Notes: generated by a model from the letters alone, not told the origin. 64,000 bases of DNA from the human T2T-CHM13v2.0 reference genome, Homo sapiens (GCF_009914755.1 NC_060927.1), one strand, 5' to 3'. Counted from the stretch's first letter, positions 21,843 to 38,896 are shown. Made by a program: numbers and translations.

Positions 21843-22149
21843 TCAAAAAAAAAAAAGAAGAAGAAGAAGAAATGGGGTCTCACTGATTGCTCAGGCTGGT
21901 AGTCATATACTGGGCTCAAGCAATCTTCCCACCTAAGCCTCCTGAGTAGTGAAGTGTGTTTTTTTAAAAACAGAAAATTTTCATCCTGAAGTTAAAGAAG
22001 GTAGGTAAAATAATGGTTCGTTAACATGTAAAAGGTTATTTATTGAGCTCAGTTCTGTGAAATGTGTGTAGAAATGGGAATTTCAGAGGCTCTTGTCAGC
22101 CTTAGAGTCCAGCTTATCTATTTATTTATTTATTATTTATTTATTTTGA

Positions 22150-22290
<141 letters not shown>

Positions 22291-22459
22291 TAAGTTTTGT
22301 GTTTTTGGTAGAGATGGGTTTTCACCATGTTGTCCTGAGCTCAAGATCCACCCTCCTCAGCCTCCCGAAGTGCTGGGATTACAGGCGTGAGCCAGTGTGT
22401 CCAGCCCAGCTTATATATTTATCTTAAATTGGCTTCTCTCCTTTTCTGGAGAATTTTAG

Positions 22460-22803
<344 letters not shown>

Positions 22804-22961
22804 TAACAGCAGTGGCCACATGAACTACTCTACTTTTAGTGGAGAATAGAAGCTCAAAATTTTCAACACCTGGGTGAGTTGTTGGGTTTTCCCCTTTGCC
22901 CTGTATTTCTAAGGTGCTCTTACAGTTGGTCCCAAAAGTCCCATTAAAGAATGTCATCTAA

Positions 22962-23180
<219 letters not shown>

Positions 23181-24279
23181 TAAAATAGAGACAGGGTCTT
23201 GTTTTGTTTCCCAGGCTGGTCTGGAACTCCTAGGCTCAAGCAGTCCTCCTTCCTTGGCCTGCCAAACTGCTGGGATTACAGGTGTGAGCCACTGCCCAGC
23301 CAAGGGGCATATTTTAGAAGAAGCTTTAGAGAAAACTCAATAGCAAACTAAGAATTTTTGGCATTTGGTTTAAATTATGCTTCTTTATGAGAGAAGACAC
23401 ATTTTTTAAAATGTTAGGTTTTATAAAATCTTTAATAATAAAAGAAACATGAAAGATATTTATATTCTTTGTTAAAGTTTTATGGTGACAATATGTGGAT
23501 TGAGGATCCTGTTTCAATCTAAACTTATAACTTGCCTTCTGAGGTCCTAAAGTCCTGTGTCACATTTTTACACGTTTTAAAATAATTGGTCCTTACCTCT
23601 TTTGTGCACCTGACAGTTCTGCAAAACACATGTATTGGATAAACAGTATGTTCTTGCAGTGAAACTCATTGTTATTGGCTTTCCAAAGAAAAAACTGTTT
23701 AACATTGTCCTTTGAAACTGGCAAACTTTATTCACTTAACTCTTAGCTTTTCCTCCTCCCTGTCGTATGCTAAAGTGGAAATAAAATAACTACTTGACCT
23801 GCTAACTTTAATTATCACAAGTAACACTTTTTAATAAGCCCAAATACTGGAATGCCTTTTTTATACAGCAGATAAGTTCTTAGATGAGTTTTTTTAAGTA
23901 CAAGTTATACAGTATTACGTTGTTATAAGTGGTGACTCTCAAAAGGGTGTTCAGTCTTCTGGGGGTTTCGTAGTGATCTAAAGAGCTGTTTCATAGTCAA
24001 GTCACATGAAATTGAATTTTACTGTTAATTTTTATGTTTAAATTACAGACATAAATATATTTTTAAAAATATAAGTACAAGAATTTTTAGTTCTGGTGAA
24101 AGGAAAGTGGGGAAGGGAGCTATATTTATTTAGCATCTCTAATTAAAAACAGGCCAAAGGACGACTGGACTGAAGATGTGACTGATTCTAAGACTTGTGC
24201 TCTTTTAATTATGTCATATTGCCTTCTTGGAAAAGGGAAGTTGGGAATCTTCACTGACTGCTGACATGTGCCAGGCTAG

Positions 24280-24675
<396 letters not shown>

Positions 24676-25529
24676 TAAGTGCACATACAGTTTGGTGAAT
24701 AGTTTGCTGTGTATCCTTGTAGACTTTATACTTATTCAGAGGTACATATTTGTGTATATATTTTTATAAAACATGGGATTCAGTTGTACAAAGCAGTTTG
24801 CAGTCTGTTTCTTTTATTTAACAACATGTTGTAAATATTTTTCCACATCAAGTTATATAGACTTAATAACTGTTAATGTGCCATTGTATTCCTATACCAT
24901 GATTTAGTTATCAAATCTCTTGAAGAATATTTATTTCTAGACATTTAGTATTATCGTTTTAATTTACAATTATTTAATAAATAATGAGGCTGAATTTCAT
25001 TTCACGTTATTAAGCCATTCATATTTACTCTTCTTTCAGCAAGTTTCTGGTGTTTGAGGAACACTGTGAAGGACTGTGGCAGGGTTCTTGAAGATAAGGG
25101 AGTTTGTTTATCTAGGCAACTCCTGGAAGCCATTATAGAGGGAGTCACACTTCCCAGTATCCTGGAAGGGGGCTTGTGATGGATGAGGTGCGAAAGTGGA
25201 GGCTACTATGACAGATGCAACTCTAGGGCACCATACTGGGGGAGCATTCTACTAGCTCTAGCCCCAACTTGAGTCCATGTTGGCAGATCTATAGAAGGAG
25301 AGGGAAGAATGGAAAGGAGCCAGTAAGCAAAAGAACCCCATAACCAGTGTGATTCTTGACAACTTTCTGGAAAGTTGGTTGTAGGCACTCTTGAGGGGTA
25401 AACTTGGGGACAAGGTGGTCTACTATTTCTCATGTGGGTATTTGTCTTCCATAGAAACCTTAATTGGATATGAGTGCTGCTTTAGGAACAAACATATCAG
25501 TTTCTTTTTTTTTTTTTTTTTTGAGATGA

Positions 25530-25871
<342 letters not shown>

Positions 25872-26967
25872 TAATACAGACTCTCATTTTAGTAAATAGG
25901 GAAGCTGAAACTTGCCCCAGTTCCACTTTGTAGCATCTGTTTAATTTCAGAAGTGACATTAAAGTTTTAGTCTTATTTCAATTCTAAAAATTGTCTGTAC
26001 GTCACTGTGCAACCTGCCTCCCGTCTGTATGTTGAAAATGATAGAATCTGCACTATTGTGCTACATATCAGGGGTTTACTCTGCCAGGTACATGCCAATT
26101 GCTTCACATATATTCTTACTAAAGCCTTACAATAACTTGAAAAAGGGTTTTCTTATCCCCATTTTGCAGATAGGTTCAAGCTTTGGAGGTCTTTGAGTTT
26201 CAGTCTGAAGCAACAATTCTGTATGAAAAAAATTCCTGTATAAATAAGAAATTCAAATATTGTGAGACTTTGAAATTCTTTAAAGTCATACACAGTGACA
26301 TTGCCATCACCTACCTATGTTTGCAGCCCATGACATCACATTTATACAGTGGTCACATTTCCTTTTAATGATATTTCCATTAGTGGTGCATGGAGCTTTT
26401 GCTGGTGAGTAGAACCAAGAAACAGAATATTCTTTGGGAGATAGTAAAATATAAAAGGCATCTTTTAAAAACAAATGGCAAATTTTTGCAGAAAAGAAAA
26501 CTTAACATTAAAAATGACTAAGCCAAGCGCAGTGGCTCACACCTGTAATCCTAGCACTTTGGGAGGCTGAGGCCAGCAGTCACCTGGGAGGTCAGAAGTT
26601 TGAGACCAGCCTGACCAACATGGCAAAACCCCGTCTCTACTAAAAATAAAAAAATTAGCCAGGTGTGGCGGCAGGTGCCTGTAGTCCCAGCTACTTGGGA
26701 GGCTGAGCCAAGATTGTGCCACTGCAGTCCAACCTGGGTGACAGAGCAAGACTCCATCTAAATAAATAAGTAAAATAAAAATAAAAATAAAAATGACTAA
26801 TATTTACATTACCTATATAGTATTCTTGCCAGAAATGTTAAACTGCATGTAATATTGAGGAAATAACCAGAAAAATTCAGAATGTAGGACATTCTAATTC
26901 TATTTAATTAATTCTAATTGGCTTAGACTCTTTTGAAAAAATAAAAAACCAAAAAACAATGACCTAA

Positions 26968-27320
26968 TGATATCGTGTAGCTCTGTGTCCCCAACCAAAT
27001 CTCATGTTGAATTGTAAATCCCCAATGTTAGGGGAGGGACCTGGTGGGAGGTGACTGGATCATGGGGGTGGATTTCCCCCTTGCTGTACTGGTGATAGTG
27101 AGTGAGTTCTCACTAGATGTCGTTATTTAAAAGTGTGTAGCACCTCCCCCTTTGCTCTCTCTTCTGCTGACCATGTGAAGATCTGCTTGCTTCCTCTTTG
27201 CCTTCTGCCATGATTGTAAGTTTCCTGAGAACTCCCTATATGTGCTTTCTGTACAGCCTGTGGAACCATAAGCCAATTAAACCTCATTTCTTTATAAATT
27301 GCCCAGTCTCTGATAGTTTT
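26968..27320 (+). mobile_element. MSTA-like MaLR solo LTR
   Basis: TGATATCGTGTAGCTCTGTGTCCCCAACCAAATCTCATGTTGAATTGTAA...GCCATGATTGTAAGTTTCCTGAG...CCAATTAAACCTC. Confidence 0.85.
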
Positions 27321-27341
27321 TTTTGTTTGTTTGTTTTTTGA

Positions 27342-27443
<102 letters not shown>

Positions 27444-27556
27444 TGAGTAGCTGGGACTACAGGTGCCCGCCACCACGCCCAGCTAATTTTTTTATTTTTT
27501 ATTTTTAGTAGAGATGGGGTTTCTCCATGTTAGCCAGTATGGCCTCGATCTCCTGA

Positions 27557-27799
<243 letters not shown>

Positions 27800-28334
27800 T
27801 GAGAGAACTATAAAAAGTATTGAAGCATTTGTTAGAGTACTTAACACACTTTTGCTCTGAGTAGTTTAGGTTTGGTTCAGCTGAGATTTTTACCTTTATT
27901 TTGGAATTCTATTTTCAAATTAAAACAAAAAGCAAAACATCTAATATTTAAAATAGCAAATTATAGAGGTAGGAGGTAGTTTTCCCAGCTAAACAGATTA
28001 TTAACCTTTACTGTGAATTTATATGGACACTTAACATATTAAAGAAACTTTTTAAATGTGTTAATATTTTGGATTTCTGAGCCTATGAAAATATTCCTTG
28101 CCTGGAAATTAGCTGTAAGCCCTTATCAGTGTAGTTTTCTGATTGTTACTACTTTCCAACTAAATTATAAATCTCTTAAAGCCATCGTAGGTGTGTTTAT
28201 ATCTCCAGCACCTGCCATAGTTGCTTGAATATGTGGGACTGTATATTGCTGGGTGGCAGATCTAATATTTTTTAAAGAGCACAATATTCTCAGCTTGAAT
28301 GTCCTCATCTACAGGGCTTGTGGTCTTTATTTAA

Positions 28335-28688
<354 letters not shown>

Positions 28689-28840
28689 TGATGTGCCCGC
28701 CTTGGCCTCCCAAAGTGCTGGGATTACAGGCGTGAGCCACCGTGCCTGGCAACATTAATCAGTTATTGTTGAGAGAGCCCTAACTTTGGCCACTTTATTA
28801 GGAAGAACACAAGATGAAAACTAGGGACAAATTCACTATA

Positions 28841-29350
28841 CAGTAGTCCCCCACCTTTTCCTCAGAAGATACATTCAGGGTCCTCCGGTGGATACTTGAA
28901 ACCACAGATAGTACTGAACCTATGTACTGCTTTTTTTAATACGTACATAACTATGATAAAGTTTATAAATGAGGCACAGTAAGAGATTAACAATAACAGT
29001 AATAAAATAACAGTTATCTGAATGTGGTTTCTCTTTCTCAAAATATCTTACTGTACCCTACTCACCTTTCTTCCTGTGACCTATTGATCTGATAACCAAG
29101 ATGGCTACTGTGTGTCCAAGGGGGAGGTATCTTATACAACATGGAATGCTGGACAAAGGAATGATTGACTTCCTGGATGGGACAGAGCGGGACACTGCAG
29201 GATGGCAAGAGATTTCATCATGTTACTCAGAACATTGCTGTTTAAAACTTAAGAACTGCTTATTTCTGGAATTTTCCATCTGATATTTTCATACTTGACC
29301 TTGGGTAACTGAAACTGCAGAAAGTGAAACTGGATAAGGAGGGACCACTG
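28841..29350 (-). mobile_element. MER44 (Tigger-family) MITE ending 45 nt upstream of exon 2
   Basis: TA-flanked termini CAGTAGTCCCCC ... GGATAAGGAGGGACCACTG. Confidence 0.8.
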
Positions 29351-29395
29351 TACAACTTTTATTTCTAAAGAACTGTAAAATTTGTGTGTTTGCAG

Positions 29396-29490
29396 ATCAG
29401 GGAGCAGAGAAACATGAAGGCACAGGTCAGTCCTCTGGGATCACTGATCAAGAGAAGGAGTTATCCACCAATGCTTTCCAAGCTTTCACA
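29396..29490 (+). CDS. CNOT10: CNOT10 exon 2 ([32 protein letters not shown])
   Basis: ttgcag| acceptor, |gtaaga donor, 95 nt, frame continuous. Confidence 0.96.
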
Positions 29491-30338
29491 GTAAGAAATG
29501 GCTTCTCTTAGTCTGCTCAAGTTGTAGGGTTCTGTCAAGTATGAATCTTTTCATAGTGAATTTTTAAATTTACAATTTTTACTCTGTAATAATTCAAAAG
29601 TTAATTTAGAGATAAGTAGGTTTAATTTTTAAAATAAATGTTTTAGAGTTTAAATATGGTGAAAGGAATGGGAATAATTGGAGCCATTCCCAAGTTTTTG
29701 TAAACATGTTTTAACTCATATACTGTTGTTTTTAAGTCTTTTAAATTTAGATTTGTAAGTATGTGGGTCAGTCTTTTCATTTCACTAAGCTGTTCAATTC
29801 TTTTATTTATTTATTTCTGAAAATATCAGATTCAAAAATTATTTTCTTGAAGGTACTTTAAAATGGAACCCCAAAACTTTATTGGCAGAATTTTAACTTT
29901 TTCTGGCATTAAACAATATGAAAGAAAACCTTATTTGGTTATCAGGTTACGTGCATGTAAGCAGAAGAACTTGATGCTTGGGTATTTAAAATATATTTAC
30001 TAGAAAATAAAATTTGGAGTGATTATATTACCTTTCTTGACTAGCCTCAGCCATTAATACCCTGCTAGCACTATATGTATATGCCAGTATATTTATCATA
30101 TCAATATATGTGTCTTATATGTGTCAATGTCAGGGTTTTGAGTCTTAGGAAGTAAATATCCACAGTTTAACTGACATGAATGTTGCTTTAGTGACTTTGA
30201 TTAGTATATGTAGGGAAACTACATCTTTCTTTTTAAGAACTTTTAAGATAAAGATGAATGAAATATATTTGGAATGATATACTGTATTTAAAGCTGGTAT
30301 GTAATTTTGTGTGTGTGTGTGTGGTTTTTTTTTTTTAG

Positions 30339-30500
30339 TCTGGAAATTATGATGCCTGTCTACAACACCTTGCCTGTCTACAAGATATAAACAAAGATGA
30401 TTATAAAATAATTTTGAATACAGCAGTAGCTGAGTTTTTTAAAAGTAACCAAACAACAACAGATAATTTGAGACAAACACTTAACCAGCTGAAGAATCAG
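30339..30500 (+). CDS. CNOT10: CNOT10 exon 3 ([11 protein letters not shown]...LNQLKNQ)
   Basis: T12-ag| acceptor, |gtgata donor, 162 nt, phase 0-0. Confidence 0.96.
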
Positions 30501-33414
30501 GTGATACATAAATGAATTTAACTATAAAAAATATTGTTCTGTTCTTTAATTTATGAAGCACAAATAGTTAAGGAAAATAAATGTGATTTGTCTGGTATTT
30601 CTTGTCAGAAACATTTGTTAGCATTAATTTTATTTCCGTAAAATTATTATTCCAGGAGATAAAAGGTATGTTGTGGGATCATTTTTTTTAATTGGGGTTT
30701 TAATGAACTTGAACAGAATAGACTAATATACCAAATTTGAATGAGCTTTGGAGTTTTGAGAAAGAACTATATGAAGAAGCTTAGCTGTGGAGATATATCT
30801 TGTTTATAATGAAAAAAATATGATTAATCCTAATGTCAAGTCGTTTTAGCATTTGGATCAGGAGATGATTGATTAAATAGAAGATATTCTGCTTTGTATC
30901 TGGCTTGGGGCTTGAATTGGGGATTGGTCTGGTGATAATGGCAATGTTTCTTGAATCCTGGGGCTAGACTTTTGGTGTTCAAGAGGGCTGATAACAGTGA
31001 TGGTGCTGATAGGATCAGCTAGCATATGTTAAGTGTTCACTGTGTGACAGGGCTCTGCCAAGCGCTTGTATGCAACTTCTCAGCTTGTTCTTCTCAGTAG
31101 CCCTATGAAATAGCTATATAATTTTTCTTATTTTAAAAGTGGAAAAGCCAAGGCACAGATAGCTGTGTAAATTGTCCAAAAACACAAAGTTTTTGAGTAG
31201 TAAGAGCTACATGAACTCAGTTGTATTTAACTCTATAGCCTGTAATTTTAGTTACTGCTTCATGCTGTTAGGGAGTCATGAGACCTTTCCTGTAATCATG
31301 AGTACCATGATACTCTATAGTATCACCCTAAAGTGTGACACAGGTAGAGAAGCAAGTTGTCCCTTCAGGCTCTCTGTAATCCTTTATAGGCATAAAGTAA
31401 TTTTTAAACCCCATTAAAATTCAAAAATGAGAATAATAGCTACCATTTATTGAATGCATACTGGGTGCCAAATTCTGTATTAAGTGCCTTTTATGCCTTA
31501 TCTCATATAATCCTCACATTCAACTCTTGAGGCAGTAGGTGCTTATTATCTCAGTTTTAAAACCAGAATTTAGGAAGTCTAATTTAAATTTACACAACTA
31601 GGAAGGGGAAGAACAGATTTAAACCAGGCCTTCTGACTCTTGAGCCTGTTCTCCTACCTGTCTCAGTCTTCATAAATTTGTATGTCCTCACGTTTCCTCA
31701 TTACTCCAGTATTATTACTGATGATTTTATCTAGTGTTCCAGAATCAAAAGAAAGATGATGCTTACTGATAATCTAGTACATGCACCCTATGACCCCATA
31801 GACAGTTTCTTCCAAGACAAATTTGTTTGGTTTTTGAGAATAAGTTCAGCCTTTAAACTTTTTTTGAATAAGCAATTCCTGCAAACTTCCAGTTAGGCCA
31901 AAAAAACTTTGTGAAGTTCTTTCACTAGCTTTTATTGTTTATAAGGTTTGTTAGGGCCTTCCAACTCTTGAGTTTCCTAGAAGTGTTTGTACTTGTGGTT
32001 ACTGACTTCTTTAAATCATACTTCTGTTCGCAGTCACATCGGGCACAGTGACACACCTTTTCAACCTATTCCATTTTAATTAGCAAACGTCTAATTTCAC
32101 TTAATGAGTAGTTTTTCTTTTGGCTGGAGCAGTTACTAGACTATTTTGGTGAGTCATAGAATATGTGGCAAAGTTATTTGTGTGATAATTATTCAACCAT
32201 TGCTGAATCCAAAACGCCATAGTTTATCTAAAAGCTTTTCTGGCTAAACTCTTCTTAACTCAGTCTCTCTCCATTACATAACTACAGAAAGAGTTGCCTT
32301 TGGAAATTGAGTTTTCACTGTTTGAAGATACTGTTTTTAATCTCTTTAAGATAGTGACTTGATAAGTGAAGATTATAAAAAGTTCCCAAACTCATTGAGA
32401 TGCACATGTTGGTCAGCTAGGACCACTTGCTAACATTTGAACCATGTCAAGCTTAACCACGTGGGTGGTTGACGTCTGCTGAAGTCCAGTTACAAAATTT
32501 ACAATTCATTGTGTGTAGTGAACCTTCAGGTTCCTTGCCATTAGTCAAACCAAGGCTGTTAAATCCATGTACTGTATATCAGAGTTCTATGGAAGTGTTG
32601 GTCTTAGAGTTAATTACTTAATATTGAACAATAATTTATTGCAATCTTCATAATGGCAAAGGTTAGTTTTAATACAAGTAGACTTCCAGTTTCATGTGTT
32701 ACATGGAATTGTGCAATGGTTGTAAAGCTTGATTAAAATTTAAAAGCCCATTGCTACAGCTTACATAAGGGGGTATACAGTTTGAGAATGCAAAGTGTCA
32801 TGCTTTTTTTTTTTTCTTTTGTGTCAGTTACAGATGTTAGCCTTTAGTGAAGCCCATAAAAGCCTTTTCTAACCATCATGTGTGCAATAATATATTTTTA
32901 TTATTGAGTACTTTAAAAAAATCTATTCTTTTTTACGGGAACGAAACCTGAAAATATACTTTCTAGCCCTATGGCCTTGGGCAAGATAATTAAGTTTTCT
33001 GTGCTGGTTTCCTTATGTATAAAGTGGAAATGAAATTATCTATGTCCTCGGCCAGGTGCGGTGGCTCATGCCTGTAATCCAAGCACTTTGGGAGGCCGAG
33101 GTGGGCAGATCGCCTGAGGTCAGGAGTTCAAGACCAGCCTGGCCAACATGGTGAAACCCCATCTCTACTAAAAATACAAAATTAGCCAGGTGTTGTGGTG
33201 CATGCCTGTAGTCCGAGCTACTCAGGAGGCTAAGGCAGGAGAATCACTTGAACCCTGGAGGTGGAGGTTACACTGAGCTGAGTTCGTGCCACTGCACTCC
33301 AGCCTGGGTGACTCCATCTCAAAAAAAAAAAAATTATCTATGACCTTGAGGTATGGTGAGGATTAACCTGTAAAAGTTTTAACATAGCAAGTCTGGCACA
33401 TGGTAAATAGTTAA

Positions 33415-33633
<219 letters not shown>

Positions 33634-34197
33634 TAAGCTGGTCTCAAACTCCTGACCTCAAGTGATCTGCCTGTCTCGGCCTCCCAAAGTGCTGGGATTA
33701 CAGGCATGAGCTGCCACGCCCGGCCAGCTATTATTAATGTTTAAATTTTACCTTAGTTTTTACAAAATGAAATCAAACTATGAATACTACGTGACATTTT
33801 TATGGGAAAGGTCATTTTGAGTTTGTTGCACGCCTGGTGTAGCCTCTTGTAGGTTGTGAGACTAGGAGATGGGAATCCTACTCAGAAGTGGTGTTACCAA
33901 TTGAAACAGGGAAGATAGCTTCACAGTGACAAGGAAGATAATTGTCTAGCCATGTGCTGGGTACTTAATAAAGTCTCATGAAAACATTTTACCTAAAATT
34001 TTATTATGTGTGGCACAGAAGAATGAAAATAATTTTTAGTATGTGAGAGTAATTAAAATCTAAAGATACTGTTGAAAGTATGGAAAAATTCAGAATAAGA
34101 ATGTTGGCCTATGTTCCTTTTTATTCATATGAATTCTTTCACTTTTGCTTTTTATTTCCTTAATGTTAAAATATAACCTCTGTTGATTGCTTTATAG

Positions 34198-34348
34198 GTC
34201 CACTCAGCTGTTGAAGAAATGGATGGATTAGATGATGTTGAAAACAGCATGTTGTACTATAATCAAGCAGTCATTCTTTATCATCTGCGGCAGTATACAG
34301 AAGCCATATCAGTTGGTGAAAAACTTTATCAGTTCATAGAGCCTTTTG
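34198..34348 (+). CDS. CNOT10: CNOT10 exon 4 ([13 protein letters not shown]...QFIEPF), TPR-like
   Basis: ttatag| and |gtatgt, 151 nt; overlaps ORF 34219..34425. Confidence 0.96.
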
Positions 34349-35829
34349 GTATGTTATCTGTCAAGTCAAAAATTTCCCTATCTTCCCTATACTTGCAGAA
34401 TTCTCTGGTACTTTTACCTAGATAACCTAAATCCGAGAAGTCCATGCCAGTATTCAAAGAAAAGCCGTATCAGCTTTGCTTAATGGTTAGAAAAGATAAA
34501 AATGTAATCCAGGTTTTCTTTGAGTGTCCCTTCCCAAATTTTGAAGATAACTGTTAAAAATGCTGTTGGAAAGTGCTGAAAACACTTAGTGATGTTTGTG
34601 GGGTTTTTGCTGTTTCAACACTATTTTAGTGTACCTGATCCTTTCTTACTTTAGTACATTAAGGAAGTAGCATTTTGGAATGTTAGGGGACAGTGAGGTA
34701 TTTCATTTTTGCCCTTTGCCTTACTGAAATTTTTGGTGGTAATTATGGAGTAGGAAGTATAGAACAGAGTTAGTTTTTTGCTATCTTAATTAGCTTACTA
34801 ACCTCAAGTAGGAGTAGCAAGAAAAGTAAGGGCAAAGGAAAAAAGAAGAGCAAAGGAGAAAGCTAGACCCAGGAAATGGTTGTTAGAGAAGGCTGTTGGT
34901 TTCTAGCCCACAAGCAGTCAAATTCCATTTGTGAGTTACATTTTTGTCTTTTTTTTCCATAATTGCTTTCTTTTACATTCAAAACACAAATGAGAATTCC
35001 TAATTTATCAGGAACGCCTGATTGCTCATGTGGTTACCACAGGACAAGTGGTGGGGTATGATAGCGCTCTGTGGTTCTTTGGGAAGAGGTAGAGAGTCCC
35101 CTTTTGCTGACAGCTGGTTGAACAGCTGATTACTATGGCTCCAGAGACCCATTCTGAGGTGCTTCTCTTCTTTCCCTCAATCCTGAGAGCTTGGTAGCTG
35201 GACAGACTGGGCGGGAGAGACACCAGTGGTAAGGGATTATGTAATTAGTGACCAGGTCCTTCTGTATAGCTAGAAATCAGAGTTACACTTTTAGGACTGT
35301 ACACATTTTTCTGTAAAGTTACTGTTATTGATGCTTCTTAGAATTTCAATATGGAGAAACTGCCTTTAAAGGCAGCTATTAAAATATAAATATGCCCAGC
35401 GCAGTGGCTCACGCCTGTAATCCCAGCACTTTGGGAGGTTGAGGTGAGCAGATCATCTGAGGTCAGGAGTTGGAGACCAGCCTGATCAACATGGGGAAAC
35501 CCCGTCTCTACTAAAAATACAAAATTAGCCAGGTGTGGTGGCACATGCCTGTAATCCCAGCTACTCAGGAAGGCTGAGACAGGAGGATCACTTGAACCCG
35601 AGAGGCCGAGGTTGCAGTGAGCCAAGATTGCACCACAGCATTCCAGCCTGAGCAACAAGAGCAAAACTTGCTCTCAAAAAAAAAAAAAAAAAAAAAGAGA
35701 ATTTCCTGAATTCATGAAATCCTGTTAATCTGCACTATGGCTGAACAGAATATATTAATAGTAATCAACTAGTCAGTATTCACATTCATTTTTCTTTTAT
35801 GGCTTTTTTTTTTTTAAACTTTTACTGCT

Positions 35830-36467
<638 letters not shown>

Positions 36468-36710
36468 TGAACTCCTGGGCTCAAGCCCAGCACCTTGGCT
36501 TCCCAATGTGCTGGGATTACAGGTGTGAACCACCATGCCTAGCCAGTACTCAGATTCTTCATACAACATATGCTAATTGAGCACATGGTCCAATACTGTG
36601 GGCCAGACACTGTTCTGGGTCTGGAGATAATGCAATGAATGAAATACAGAAACTCTTTACCCCCGTTAAGCTTCTATTCTAATAGGAGAGAAAGCAACAT
36701 AATAAAAAAA

Positions 36711-37053
36711 CAGCCATCCCTTGGTATTCAAGGGAGATTGGTTCTAGGACACCCCTCTTCAGATACCAAAATCTGCTGATACTTAAATCCCTTATATAAA
36801 ATGGTGTAGTATTTACATACAGTCTCTGTGTATGTCCTCCTGTACATTTTAAATAATCGCTAAATTACTTATAATACCTAATACACTGTAAATGCTATGA
36901 AAATGTTTTTATACCATATTGTTTAGGGAACAATGATGGGGAAAACGTCTGTACATATTCAGTGCAGATGCAACAACTTTTTTTTTTCTTCTAACATTTT
37001 CAATCTGAGGTTGGTTGAATCTGTGGGTGCAGGTCAGATACAGGGGGCTGGCT
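36711..37053 (+). mobile_element. MER2 (Tigger-family) MITE
   Basis: CAGCCATCCCTTGGTATTCAAGGGAGATTGGTTCTAGGAC...GATACCAAAATC...GATACAGGGGGCTGGCTG followed by TA. Confidence 0.8.
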
Positions 37054-37909
37054 GTATACTGAATGCTATGAAGTAAAGCTAAAATTGAGTGAGAATGTAG
37101 AGATTGACTGGGGATGTTTTAAGTAAGGTAATCAAGCAAGGCCTGGGATGAGATGGTATTTGAAACGAGACCTGAATAAAGAAAAGACATTATCCTTGCT
37201 ACTGTTTAGAGGGAAAGCATTCCCACTGGAGGTAATGGGATATGGAGAAGACTTGAGGTGAGAGGCTGTGTTTGGTGAGAGCAATAGCAGCAAGATCATT
37301 GTGACTGGAGCTAGGTAAGGAGGATAATAGGAAATAAAGTCAGAATTAGCCACGGGCAGAAGAGGTAAAGCCTAGGGCAGGGCTTACTGTCTTAGGTGCA
37401 GTGAGATTCCCTTGGAGATATATGACCTTTGCACACCAGCTGTGTTAATTTCAGTTTTTTAAATGAATTCCACTCTTTAAAGGCTTTTGAAATTTTCTCT
37501 TCTAGACCTTATTTTTCCTTTTATCTTCTTTTTTGAAAGGAAAGATAGTTTTATGTCACACCAGGTTAACTTTCCTCTCTTCATTGGGTTCTTTTTCTTT
37601 TGAAGGTCTTGTCTCTTGGCAGTCTCAATTTTCTGATATACTCCAGCCCATACCTTGCTGCTTTTGCTTCTGTAATCAGGTGTTTGTTTGTTTTTTTTTT
37701 TTTTCCATCTCCATGACCTAGAAAAGCAATGTATTTCATGGAGTCATAGACTTTTTTAGTTAGAAGGAACCTCACAAGATCCCCTGGTCCACCCTTCTGC
37801 CTTCAGGCAGGTAAAATATTCTCCTCATTTGACAGGTCAGCCAGCTGAGGTCTGAAAAGTTAAATGATGTACAGAGACCACACATACCTAGTTAGTGGCT
37901 GAATAGGTG

Positions 37910-38443
37910 CAGATTGAGTATCCCTTATCCAAAATGCTTGGGACAAGAAGTGTTTCAGATTTGGGATTTTTTTTAACTTTGGAATATTTGCATTATACTT
38001 ACTGGTTCAGTATTCCTACCCTGAGGTCCAAAATGCTACCATGAGCATTTTATTTGAGCATCATTGGTGCTCAACAAGTTTTGGATTTTGAGGCTGGACA
38101 CAGTGGCTCACACCTGTAATCCTATCCTTTGTGAGGCCAAAGTGGGTGGATCACTTGAGCTCAGGAGCTTGAGACCAGCCTGGGCAACATAGTGAAACCC
38201 TGTTTCTATGAAAAAATTAGCCAGGCATGGTGACACATGTTTGTGGTCCCAGCTACTCAGGAGGCTAAGGTGAAAGGATCTCTTGAGCCTAGTAGGCAGA
38301 GGTTGCAGTAAGCCAAGATTGCAACACTGCACTCCAGCCTGGGTAACACAGTGAGATACCATCTCAGAAACAAAAAAAGTTTTGGATTTTGGAGGATTAC
38401 AAATTTCAGATTTCAACATTTCAGGTTAGGAATGCACAACCTC
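37910..38443 (+). mobile_element. Tigger4/MER46 (Zombi) element interrupted by an Alu (~38092-38375)
   Basis: CAGATTGAGTATCCCTTATCCAAAATGCTTGGGAC...TTAGGAATGCACAACCT. Confidence 0.75.
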
Positions 38444-38753
38444 TATTGGAATTCAGGTTTCTTTCCGCCTAAAGTAATATTCCTCATTACATGTGCTAGT
38501 GTTTAGTAGATATTTTCCTAAGGAAGATTTAATCACTGGAATTTCTGAAATGAGAGGCCTTGCAGTGCCTAGTAAAATGACATTGTTGGCATTGCAAGTT
38601 GCTTTCATTCGTGGCTCTAGGTGATAGGCATTCATTTGAGTAAAGACTTATGCTTTGCTATTTAAAGCTTTGTATACTTTTTTGGAGGGTGGTCTGAAAT
38701 GTGTGCTTTACTTTAGGTTGTGACTATTCTTTTCTGTGTTTTTTTTCTCCCAG

Positions 38754-38896
38754 AAGAAAAATTTGCCCAAGCAGTGTGTTTTTTGCTTGTAGACCTGTAT
38801 ATATTAACCTACCAAGCTGAGAAAGCTTTGCATCTTCTTGCTGTCCTAGAAAAAATGATTTCACAGGGTAACAATAACAAAAATGGAAAGAATGAG
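38754..38896 (+). CDS. CNOT10: CNOT10 exon 5 ([12 protein letters not shown]...NKNGKNE)
   Basis: ctcccag| and |gtgagt, 143 nt; overlaps ORF 38720..38908. Confidence 0.96.
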
